Origin: Phyllobates terribilis
Taxonomy: Eukaryota
Reading direction: 5' to 3'
Assembly: GCF_046119375.1 (NCBI RefSeq)
Contig: NW_027362771.1
Location: 396,490,001 to 396,554,000, forward strand
DNA length: 64,000 nucleotides
Shown: positions 1 through 9,714 of the stretch, in pieces
How the letters are laid out: every line of letters begins with the position of its first letter
How positions within the stretch are numbered: the first letter of the stretch is position 1
Made by a program: the position numbers and the translations under genes
The notes under the pieces: generated by a model
Seen by the model: only the letters and a program-made list of their open reading frames with translations
What the model was told of the DNA's origin: nothing
The model's database searches: none

Positions 1-353
1 TTTGGGCTTTGTAGCAGTGTGCAGCACTGATCCTATTAGGCCATCTATAATAAGCTCCACCAGATTTAAAATTAAAAATAATTTTTAGCTGCATCTAGCC
101 CGGAAAATAATTTTGGGGCTCCGAGATGCGCAAGACACATAAGTGCCTTCTTGCTGCACTACCTGCAGCATGACCCTCATATTGTCAGAATTCGAAGTAA
201 TCATGACTACTGGGTTGCCACACTCTTAGATCCCCCAAACTTTTCGATCAACCTTTTCATTTTAATAAAGACCAAAAAAATGGTCATTTTTGAAATTATA
301 AGCATTAGTTTATAAGCATTAGTTTTCAACTCAAAACTTTATTCTAGGTGATG

Positions 354-1595
354 TTACATTTTCACATAGGACCCCTTGTTCGAAAGGAGCTTCTGAACTC
401 TCTCGTCCATTGAATTTGTCAGGTTTTGGATGGTTTCTGCTTCAATTGTTTTGCATGAGGACAGAATACCCTCCCAGAGCTGTTGCTTAGATGTGAACTG
501 CCTCCCGCCATCATAGACACTCCTTTTAATGATGCTCCAAAGGTTCTGAATGGGGTAGAGGTCAGGGGAGCATGGGGGTCACACCATAAGTTTGTCCCCT
601 TTTATGCCCATATCAGCCAGAGATGCAGATGTTTTATGTGCAGCATGAGATGGTGCATTATCATGCAGAAAAATGATCTTGCTGTGAAATACACGGTTCT
701 TCTTCTTGAACCATGGCAGGAAGTGCTGTTTGAGAAAATCCACATACATTATGGAGTTCATCTTTAGCGCCTTCAGGGATCCTAAAGGGGCCGACAATCT
801 CTCTCCCCATGATTCCATCCCAAAACATTACTCCACCTCCTCCTTGTTGGTGCTGTAGCCGTGTTTGCGTGGGGTGTCCATCAACCAGCCATCCTCCACT
901 CCATCCATCTGGACCATCGAGCGCTGCACGGCACTCATCCGTGAACAAAACAGTTTTGAAATCAGTCTTCATGTAATGTTTGGCCCACTGGAGCCGTTTC
1001 TGCTTGTGTGAAGTGGATAGAGGAGGTCGACAGGATGGCGTATGCACAGCTGCAAACCTCTGAAGGACCCTGCATCTTGTTGTTCGGGGGACGTTGGAGG
1101 CACAAGCAGCTTCAAAAACTTGTCTGCTGCTATGACAAGGCTTTTTTGCCGCTGCTCTTTCAACCTGACGTAATTGCCTGTAGGAAAGAGTCCTCAATTT
1201 GCCCTTATCAGCACGCACACGTGTGTACTGTGAATCAGCTACATACTTCTTGATTGCCAAGACACTTCATCCTGATCATCGCACAATGTTGATTGTAGTC
1301 ATGCCTTGACCTAAACACTCCACAATTTGTTGCTTCTCAGCAGCCGACACATCCTTTTTCTTTCCCATTTTGGCAGAAAATGTAGGCTGCTTAATAATGT
1401 GAGAGAGCCTTCTTAAGTAGTCTTGCCTTTCATTGGACACACCTGCCAAACTAATTAGCACAGGTGTCTGCAATTGCTTACAGTGATATAAAGAGCCCTG
1501 ACACACATCACCATCAATGAGTTTAACTGACAAACAAACAAATTCTTCCCTTATCACTCCTAAACACTTTTTGCATAATAATTTGGAACGCGGTG
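354..1595 (-). mobile_element. Tc1-like DNA transposon, DD37E (TRT-type), decayed; transposase remnant 1368->354
   Basis: Minus-strand MGKKKD start at 1368. TDECR (D1), LHDNAPSH (D2) and SPDLYPIQNLW (E mutated to Q) give 37 residues between D2 and the E position. There are frameshifts and a W->stop, and the frame ends SNKGSYVKM* at 354. The terminus ...ATTTGGAACGCGGTG ends at 1595, followed by TA. The left TIR was not found. Confidence 0.85.
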
Positions 1596-1599
1596 TACA

Positions 1600-3475
1600 T
1601 GTGCTTTTCCACAAAACACCAGCGGTTCACGTAGTGAATCTTACAGTTCTAACTTGCCAACCGTGGTCTGTATGGAATTGTTCAATAAAGGGCCCAAAAT
1701 TAAGATAACATAGATGGGAGAGGTCTCTATGAATAGGAATTCCTAAGTATTTGATACCCTGTGAGGGCCAGGCAAAGGGAAAGTTGGACTGGATGGAATC
1801 CTATATGGATTTGGGGAGGGAGACATCGAGGGCCTCAGACTTCGCTGCATTGATTTTAAAATTTTACCATGTAACAAAGTGATCTATTTCAGCCATAACA
1901 GCATGGATGGATATATGTGATTGAGTGATATATACTAGGACATCATCAGCAAATAGAGAGCACTTGTACTCGGTGCCTCCCACCTCAATCCACCTAATAT
2001 TGGGGTTATGGCGAATTGATGAGAGCAGGTGCTCCGTCACTAGGATGTATAAGAGAGGGGACAGAGGACATCCCTGCCTTGTCCCATTGGTGATTGTGAA
2101 AGGTGATGAAAATGTTCTGATGCACCCCCTGGGCCTTGGGACACCCGGAGCCGGACCCTTTTTGGTGGATGCTGGTGGTTGTAGTCTTCGTGGCGGCGAC
2201 CCGGTTCCGTGGCTCAGGGCGGTCAAACCAGTGGCGGAACTATTTATGTGGTTTTGATGTTTAAATGTCCGACTACGCCACCCGTGGATTGCGGTCAGAG
2301 TGAACCGCCGCTACAGGGCAGACCGCTGAGGCTGGTGTTGTGGGTGCAGCAGAGCGTAGCATAACTCCCCACGGGAGGAGTATAGCCTCAGGGCAGTGTA
2401 TGCGGAGGATGGGGGTGATGGTGCAGGGCAGCAGCAGTAACGACACGGAGTCAGTGATGCAGTCCAGGGCCTTTACTCACAGTTCTTATTATCCAGACCA
2501 CGTCTGCAGGTAACGGCTGCCCACGTCGTACTGTGCTCACCAGGTGAGGGGCTCAGACAACTCCCAGATAACTTTGGAGCACTTCACAGGACCCCCTTTG
2601 TGTGTCCTTTGTCTGGCCTTTCTTACCAACACTTCTGTCCGGCTGCCTCGGGCCTCCTCTTGGTAAACTTGGCGCCAGTTTCCCTGACCCTATGTGGTGC
2701 CTTCCTAGCGGGTGTAGCGAGGGGCTGCGCCACATAAAATGTCAGAGCCTCCGGTTTCTAGCTGAGGGTCGTTTCCTGCCTCCACTAGTTCGGGGACCGG
2801 TCTCCCCCTTTGGCCTGACCCCTCCACGCAGGTGGATTCGGGCGTGCGGTGGCGACTCGCCCGTCCGCACCCCTGGGATCCCTTCATTCCTCGTTCCTGG
2901 AGCCTTCTCCGCTCCTCTTCCTTCCTTCTCCCTCTTCCAGGCCTGGGCCTCTGTTACTAGGCCCGCCTCCGGAGCAGAGCTCATGCAGTGCCCCTGCTCC
3001 CTGCCACTTCTGCTCAGACTTCTCTGCACTGAACTAAGATGGTGCCCACCTTTTATACTCCCTTCTCAATGCACCCAGGAACTGCTTCCTCCCTGCTCCT
3101 GCACTACAGGGTTCCCCTTCCTCAGTGTTCCCTCCCCCCACTCCAGCCAGGGACTGTCGTGCCCATCTCAGGGGCATATTGGTCGCCCTGCCCCACGGCA
3201 ATGTGGTGTAATGCATGCAGGTGTCGGGTCCTGATCCACACTCCATCCTTACCTGAGAGTGAGATATCACACCTCTGGGTGAGGTGCAATACATCTGTAG
3301 CAACCGAGCCCTCAGGGTGCTACAGTTCCATTTATCTTCAGCCTAGGTGACGTATTGCGATACAGGGCCGTGATTTTGGCTATAAAAGGGTCCCCTAGAC
3401 CCCTACCCCAAGCTTTTTAAGAGAATCATATATGGCGTGCCAGGAGACTCTATGGAATGCTTTCTCAGCATCCAA
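1600..3475 (-). mobile_element. L1/Tx1-clade LINE ORF2 reverse transcriptase fragment, interrupted by a solo LTR
   Basis: Minus strand reads DAEKAFHRV (~3470), LYRNTSPRLKING|TFSSPFTITNGTRQGCPLSP, SLFADD and IKYLGI. The frame rejoins exactly when 2118-3324 and one GTTC copy are removed. Confidence 0.9.
2118..3324 (-). mobile_element. Solo LTR (Gypsy family, U3 type X)
   Basis: TG...CA termini and a 4-bp TSD GTTC (2114-2117 / 3325-3328). TATAAAA on minus at 3051-3057. Homologous to the LTR at 48969. Confidence 0.92.
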
Positions 3476-3719
3476 CGAGAGTATCTAATTACAAATTTTT
3501 AACTGCATCTAGCCCAGGAAATACTTTGTGCCTAGTAGCAGTGTCTGCTAGTCAGCGGATTATCCCGGCTGTTAAGCAAGCTACACCACCTGTAGTTTAG
3601 ACACTTAATTTTTTCAAAGGAAATGCTTCGGGACCATGGGATACTCAGTGAAGAGCATCAGGAGGCACCCCAAGGCATAGGGGCTGGGACTGGCAGTAGG
3701 ATGCCTTGCGGTGGACAGC

Positions 3720-3865
3720 CGAGCTCGATCCTTCTAAAAGCTTTTTAACTGCAGCAGCTTTAGTGGACGCTACTGGAGCTGGAATTACGCGGCTGCTGGC
3801 ATGAGACTTGCCCTCCAATAGATCCTTGTAAATGGATTTAAAGAGTATTCATTCAAATTAGAGAG
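3720..3865 (-). pseudogene. Degenerate 18S rRNA fragment
   Basis: The reverse complement reads ...GGAGGGCAAGTCTCATGCCAGCAGCCGCGTAATTCCAGCTCCAGTAGCG...GCTGCAGTTAAAAAGCT. This matches the universally conserved 530-loop region of SSU rRNA with many substitutions. No other rDNA is nearby. Confidence 0.9.
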
Positions 3866-4254
3866 ACAATTTAAATTAAAAAGCTTAGAGCTGCCTCCAC
3901 CACAGGGGGGCTCGCTCGACCCACCAGCGGACAGGCACCAGTATTGGGAGAGGGGGGCTGGCCATCAGGGTTCACCGCGGCTCTGGCACAAACCCGGCGA
4001 CACGGAGGTGGCACGGGCAGGAGCGGACTGGCCGTGTCGGCTTCTCACTTTTTGGATTTTAGAAGGGCATGACATGCCTATATCTGTGTCTCCCCCTCCT
4101 TTTACTCCTCCACCTCTTTTATTTTCGCATGACTATATGTACTTGTCACTTTTCCATGTGTTAGTTGTGTCTTCTGAGCAGTTTGTCAGCTTTTGGACAC
4201 CTTTGAAGGTGTTTTCTATGTGTTTCTATGTGTTTTTGTTTGCCTGCCATTGGT

Positions 4255-4366
4255 TTTAACGGTGTTCGAAGGTGTTCGACGAACAGTTCGACGAACAGTT
4301 CGGCGAACACACGGGTGTTCGACGAACCGAACCGAACTCGAACACTACGGGGGTGGCTCAACACTA
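4255..4366. mobile_element. Terminus of a non-autonomous DNA transposon (hAT-like)
   Basis: A cluster of GTTCG/CGAAC subterminal repeats ends in GCTCAACACTA at 4366. The other end was not located. Confidence 0.55.
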
Positions 4367-4367
4367 G

Positions 4368-7235
4368 TCCTTAGCTGCATTAAAATCTGCTAACTTCTTC
4401 TCTACTTTGGATCTCACTAGCGGGTACTGGCAGGTTCCTGTAGCAGAGGCAGACCGGGAGAAGACCGCATTCAACACACCGATGGGTCTCAGCGAATTTA
4501 ACTGCATGCCGTTCGGGCTCTGCAACGCACCAGGAACCTTCCAACGGTTGATGGAATGCTGTCTGGGACACCGGAACTTCGAGACGGTCCTGTTATACCT
4601 GGACGATGTCATCGTCTATTCCAAGACCTACGAGGACCACCTGAAACACCTGGCAGAAGTGTTCGAAGCTCTGGCAAACTACGGCCTAAAGGTGAAACCC
4701 TCCAAGTGTCATCTCCTGAAACCAAAGGTGCAATACCTGGGACACGTGGTGAGTGCTGACGGAGTGGCTCCTGACCCTGATAAGATCACCGTGATTAAGG
4801 ACTGGCCAAGACCCTCCAGCATAAAGGAAGTGCGGCAGTTCCTCGGGTTGGTAGGCTACTACCGAAGATTCATTCCCGGTTTCACCAAAATGGCAGCCCC
4901 TATGCAGGACCTCCTGATAGGTCAATCTCGAAAAGCCAAAAACCAGAAGCCGCCCTTCAGGTGGGAAAAGCTGGAAGAGGAGTCCTTTTGCCAGCTGAAG
5001 ATGGCCCTCCAGGGGGATGAAATCCTGGCATATCCAGACTACAGCCAGCCCTTTATCCTCCACACGGACGCAAGTAACATCGGGCTAGGAGCCGTGCTGT
5101 CCCAGATCCAGCAAGGAAAAGAACGGGTAATCGCTTACGCTAGCCGAAAGCTACGACCCACCGAGAGGAACCCTGAGAATTATAGCTCATTCAAGCTGGA
5201 GTTCCTGGCAGTAGTGTGGGCAGTGACCGAACAATTCAAGCATTACCTTGCCTCCTCCAAATTCATCGTGTACACGGATAACAACTCGTTGACACACCTG
5301 GACACTGCAAGGCTCGGTGCTCTGGAACAGAGATGGATGGCTCGCCTGTCCAACTTTGAATTCACCATCAAATACCGGTCAGGACGCTCAAATGCCAACG
5401 CGGATGCCCTGTCTAGAATGCCGAACTTACCGGACGTAGGGGAAGATCCAGAAGATCTGGAAGAAGTTGAGCTCCCTGCGTTCCACCGTCATGGGATTAC
5501 CCTGTATTCCAGCCGTGTGAAGGACAGGCGCTCCGCGACGTTCAATCCCTTGCCCCACTACAACTGGGCGGAGACGCAAGACAGTGATCCTGCAGTCCGC
5601 CTGGTGAAGGAAATGCTGACCCAAGCCGATGCCAGTCTGGACCCAGACGCCCCAGAGGATACTAAGCAACTGTGGAAGGAGAAAAGTAGGCTGTTCCTCT
5701 ACAGGGAGAAGTTGTGCCGGAGAATGGTTAACTCTCGAACGCATGAGTTGACCTGGCAGGTAGTGGTTCCCAGACGAGACGCGGCTATGATTCTGGAGGC
5801 GTACCACAACGGAGCAGGACATTTCGGGTGGAAGAAGCTGGAGTTCTTATTGCGTGAACGGTTCTACTGGGTAGGCATGAGAGGAGCCATCGAGAGGTGG
5901 TGCAGAGACTGTGGACCGTGCCACCTAAGAAGGAAGGACCGTGCCAGCCAGAAGACTCCCTTGCAGCCCATCATCACCCGACAGCCACTGGAACTGGTAG
6001 CCCTGGACCATGTGAAACTGGCTCCAAGCAGATCTGGGTATGTCTACGCCCTCACAATCGTAGATCATTACTCCCGGTTCCTGGTGGTGGTCCCGGTCAA
6101 GGACTTAACGGCTCAAACAGCAGCTAGAGCCTTCCAGCAGCACTTCTGCCGTCCACACGGGTACCCGGACCAAGTGCTGACAGGCCAAGGGCCAGCCTTC
6201 GAAGCGGAAGTCTTCCAGGAGTTCTGCAACCTGTATGGCTGCACGAAGATAAGAACAACGCCCTATCACCCACAAACTAATGGACTCTGCGAGAAGATGA
6301 ACCAGGTGGTGATAGACCTCCTGAAAACATTGCCCCTGGAAGAACGCAGTATGTGGCCTGAGAAGCTGCCTGATCTGGTGGACCTATACAACCACATCCC
6401 TGTAGGTTCTACCAACTGTACCCCGGCTTACCTAATGAGAGCGAGACCTGGTAAGCTGCCTATCGACCTGGATATGGGAGTCCTGACGCCCGAGGACACC
6501 TCGCCAGAGGCAGACTGGGATACAGGGTGGCGGCAGCAGTATCGGAAAGTGCAGGAGAGCGTGGAGCGAAGTCTGTCTCAAGCTAGAGAAAGGCAAGAGA
6601 GGGCTTATAATCAGTATGCTCCCGCTGTTCCCCTGGTACCTGGAGAGCAGGTCTTGAAGAGGAAAAGACGGCTCCACAAGTTGGACGACCAGTGGGAGGA
6701 GGACCCGTACACCGTACTGCCATCAAGCCATGAGAGCCCAAAGATTTGCGTGATCAGTAAGGATGGAGGAGAAACCACAGCCGTTGTCTCCAGAGACCAC
6801 CTGAAGAAGTGTCCCGAGCAGCTGCAAAGCCCTGAAGAAGAAGATCAAGAAAACCCTCGACCCGCAGAGGAAAGGGAAGAAATGATCAGGACTGTACTCG
6901 GAGACTTCCCCTGGTCTTGGACACAAGTAAACGGTGCTGTCATGGTACCCGTCCTCACCTTTCTCCAGCCAGTCCCGCAAGTGCCTACAGAAGAACCAGT
7001 AGAGCTGGAAGAGCAGCCGGCCCAAGAGGCAGAAGAGTCCACACCAGCAGTACAGGAGGATCAACCCTCTGCTAGTAGTGAGCCTGCCGTGCCCCTAGTG
7101 AGCCAAAGAGTGCGCAGAAAGCTGCCCAGCCTGCCCATAACACCTCCTACACCCTGTAGTGCAGGACCAGTTAGTGAGCTCCGTAGGTCCACTAGGGTTA
7201 CCAGAGGCCAGATGCCCGTACGTTGGAGAATCTAA
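4368..7235 (+). CDS. pol: Gypsy Pol (partial RT, RNase H, integrase), open frame but lacking gag, protease and the RT N-terminus
   Basis: Motifs [39 protein letters not shown] zinc finger (H-NGAGH...C-DC), integrase core and a GPY/F-like module. No chromodomain. Confidence 0.93.
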   Translation, partial: SLAALKSANFFSTLDLTSGYWQVPVAEADREKTAFNTPMGLSEFNCMPFGLCNAPGTFQRLMECCLGHRNFETVLLYLDDVIVYSKTYEDHLKHLAEVFEALANYGLKVKPSKCHLLKPKVQYLGHVVSADGVAPDPDKITVIKDWPRPSSIKEVRQFLGLVGYYRRFIPGFTKMAAPMQDLLIGQSRKAKNQKPPFRWEKLEEESFCQLKMALQGDEILAYPDYSQPFILHTDASNIGLGAVLSQIQQGKERVIAYASRKLRPTERNPENYSSFKLEFLAVVWAVTEQFKHYLASSKFIVYTDNNSLTHLDTARLGALEQRWMARLSNFEFTIKYRSGRSNANADALSRMPNLPDVGEDPEDLEEVELPAFHRHGITLYSSRVKDRRSATFNPLPHYNWAETQDSDPAVRLVKEMLTQADASLDPDAPEDTKQLWKEKSRLFLYREKLCRRMVNSRTHELTWQVVVPRRDAAMILEAYHNGAGHFGWKKLEFLLRERFYWVGMRGAIERWCRDCGPCHLRRKDRASQKTPLQPIITRQPLELVALDHVKLAPSRSGYVYALTIVDHYSRFLVVVPVKDLTAQTAARAFQQHFCRPHGYPDQVLTGQGPAFEAEVFQEFCNLYGCTKIRTTPYHPQTNGLCEKMNQVVIDLLKTLPLEERSMWPEKLPDLVDLYNHIPVGSTNCTPAYLMRARPGKLPIDLDMGVLTPEDTSPEADWDTGWRQQYRKVQESVERSLSQARERQERAYNQYAPAVPLVPGEQVLKRKRRLHKLDDQWEEDPYTVLPSSHESPKICVISKDGGETTAVVSRDHLKKCPEQLQSPEEEDQENPRPAEEREEMIRTVLGDFPWSWTQVNGAVMVPVLTFLQPVPQVPTEEPVELEEQPAQEAEESTPAVQEDQPSASSEPAVPLVSQRVRRKLPSLPITPPTPCSAGPVSELRRSTRVTRGQMPVRWRI

Positions 7236-7585
7236 GTTGGCTAGTTGCTTTAACTATTTTATGTTTACCTGTTTTGTTGTAGCCGTTGCTAATTATGTTT
7301 TTCAGTTACAGGTTTCTTTATATGGACTGACAGGTTATGGACAGTGAGTAACCGGAACTCTGTTGTAAATATGTTTGGAGCGTAACCCAGGAATGGACTA
7401 CAGACTGTTAAAGACTCGGGGCAGGACAGACCCCTACCTGGTTACGGCTCCCTGTTCTTTGGTGAAATGGACACCCTTATTGCTTCCCGGTTACGGACAC
7501 GCCGTGACCATCTCATGTATTTAATTGTTATTGTTTATACCCTGTTATGTTTAGTCCGGGAGTACTAAATTTCACTAGGGGGGAA

Positions 7586-8644
7586 TGTGGCACCCCAGGG
7601 GTCTGGTTTCCACAGTAATAGCAGTATTACGTCTGTGAGCAGGTGGGAGGTCTCCTGGGCAGGAATCCTAAGCATGCCACACCTCCTGCCCAGTCCTGGG
7701 AGGGGAAGAACTTCCCCTATATAAACTGGGGCTGAAGCAGGGTTAGAGAGAGGAGTTCCAGACAGAGACGGAGTCTGGTCTGGACACGCAGAAACAGGGA
7801 CAGATAGACCTCAGGAGCTCTGTAGGAGCCAAGGAGAAGCGCCAGGGGCTGGAGCTGTGCAGAGCTCGCCCTGGGAGAAGGTACAAAAACCGGACACAGG
7901 AGTCCGAGGCTGTGGGGACTAAGATATACCCAGCAGCAGAATCCATCCGGCAGGGGATTCCAGGTCCTCTGGCCATAAAAGCCCGGAGGCTCAGTCACAA
8001 CGAAGGGACCAGCACCGCCATCCCAGAGCGTAGGCTAACAGGAGGCCCCAGGTCACCAGCCATACGGGTGAGCACCACACGGTATACCCAGGGACGTGGG
8101 CTACTTGTAACCGCCGAAAGCAGGGTAGCCAGGAAGGGTACAGACTAACGGGAAGGCCTACAACTCCACCTGGCCAGGGGAACTCCGGCTTACTCGCAGA
8201 CTAACCAGGCCCCAACTACTAGCCAGTACTCCCGGGGGAATTTGCCTTGTACCATCAGTAAAGGCCCTGAACTGTACCCTCACGTTTCCGTGCTTCCTTG
8301 TCGCACCGTTAGTGCTGGGACATCCACACCATCACTCCCAACATCATCCACATCCGCTGCCCTGAGGCCATACCTCTCCCGTTGGGGGTTATATCAACAT
8401 TGCTGCACACCTATACCACCGGCCTCAGCGGTCTGCCCTGCAGCGGAGGTTTCATAACCGCATTCAACGGGTGGCGTAGTCGGACACTAATACCATCATA
8501 CCAATAACCGCCACTAAGTTTGACCACCCTGAGCGCGGACCGGGTCACCGCCACACGAAGACTACTACCCCCATCGGATCCGGCTCCGGGTATCCCCCGC
8601 GCGCACGCGCGCCGCACTACAGCACTGGCCCAGGGGGTGAGTCA
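7586..8644 (+). repeat. 3' LTR of Gypsy A (U3 type Y)
   Basis: TG...CA, TATATAA near 7718, AGTAAA poly(A)-like box at 8257-8262. Homologous to the LTRs at 22448, 29341 and 31455. Confidence 0.93.
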
Positions 8645-9714
8645 CAGGCAGGTAATCACGGCAAGTGACAGGGACAGTCTCTGGGTAGAAGGGCAGGTAG
8701 TCACGGCAAGTGACAGGGACAGTCTCTGGGTAGAAGGGCAGGTAGTCACGGCAAGTGACAGGGACAGTCTCTGGGTAGAAGGACGGGTACTCACGGCAAG
8801 TGACAGGGACAGTCTCTGGACAGGCAGGTGGTCACGGCTAGTGACGGCAGAGCCTCCAGGTAGGCTAGCAGGCAGGTAGCAGGTGAGCGCTCCTAGGTGA
8901 GCAGGCGAGAGTCTCTGGACAGGCAGGTGGTCACGGCAAGTGACGGCGGAGCCTCCAGGTAGGCTAGCAGGCAGGTAGCAGATGAGCGCTCCCAGGTGAG
9001 CAGACAAGAGTCTCTGGACAGGCAGGTGGTCACGGCAAGTGACGGCGGAGCCTCCAGGTAGGCTAGCAGGCAGGTAGCAGATGAGCGCTCCCAGGTGAGC
9101 AGACAAGAGTCTCTGGACAGGCAGGTGGTCACGGCAAGTGACGGCGGAGCCTCCAGGTAGGCTAGCAGGCAGGTAGCAGACGAGCGCTCCCAGGTGAGCA
9201 GGCAGGCTGGTCCATAGACAAACTGACAGGTGTCGGAAGGCAGACCGTCGGACCGCAGGCTTGCAAGCAGGTAAACGGATATCTGGCAGGTATCAAGCAG
9301 GAATCTGGCAGGTGACTGGCAGGTAACAGGCAGGAATCTGGCAGGTGACTGGCAGGTAACAGGCAGGAATCTGGCAGGTGACTGGCAGGTAACAGGCAGG
9401 AATCTGGCAGGTAACTGGAAACGGGACCTTAGGGCTGAAGCAGAGTGAAGGCTTTGCAACAACATTGCTCGGGCACCTCCATTTTGGAGGAGGTGCCTTA
9501 TATATGGTGAAGTCCTCCGGCCATTGGCCGGGGACTCCTTAGGACGGCGCGCGCGGCCCCTTTAAGAGAGGGGGAGCGCGCGCGCGCCCTAAGCACCGTG
9601 GCCGGGAAGCAGCGCGCGCTGCCAGCAGAGCGGGAGGAAGACGCCGGGCACAGAGCGGAGAGGTGAGGGGAACAGTGTCCCTGCCTAGCAGGAGGCAGGG
9701 ACGCCGACGCTACA
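8645..9714 (-). mobile_element. Chromovirus-type LTR Z (related to element D LTRs), 3' part lost, inserted in pol of C
   Basis: Minus start TGTAGCGTCGGCGTCCCTGCCTCCTGC matches the D LTR start (42739). Same TATATAAGGCACCTCCTCCAAAATGGAGGTGCC core. Confidence 0.88.
8648..9415. repeat. Three adjacent minisatellites inside LTR Z (45-bp, 99-bp and 33-bp units)
   Basis: A 45-bp unit x~3.5. GTCTCTGGAC recurs at 8812, 8911, 9010 and 9109 (99-bp period). GAATCTGGCAGG recurs with a 33-bp period from 9301. Confidence 0.95.

Larger units (their letters stand above)
4367..8644 (+). mobile_element. Ty3/Gypsy LTR retrotransposon A, 5'-truncated (pol, 3'UTR, PPT, 3' LTR)
   Basis: Pol frame from 4368, PPT ACTAGGGGGGAA ending 7585, LTR TGTGGCACCCC...GGGGTGAGTCA at 7586-8644. 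Confidence 0.95.

Noticed and set aside
8648-9415. CRISPR-like repeat arrays (also 36363-36490 and 51610-52090)
   Set aside because: Head-to-tail units with no unique spacers, no cas genes and a eukaryotic context.
8520-9465. Repeat units of 45, 99 and 33 bp are all multiples of three, suggesting a coding repeat
   Set aside because: The related LTR at 35565 has 40-bp and ~110-bp units. ORFs appear on both strands with no start context, so this is probably chance.
9498-9714. C-terminal extension of ORF 9498-10040 as a novel Pol tail
   Set aside because: It is read-through from C pol into the inserted LTR Z.
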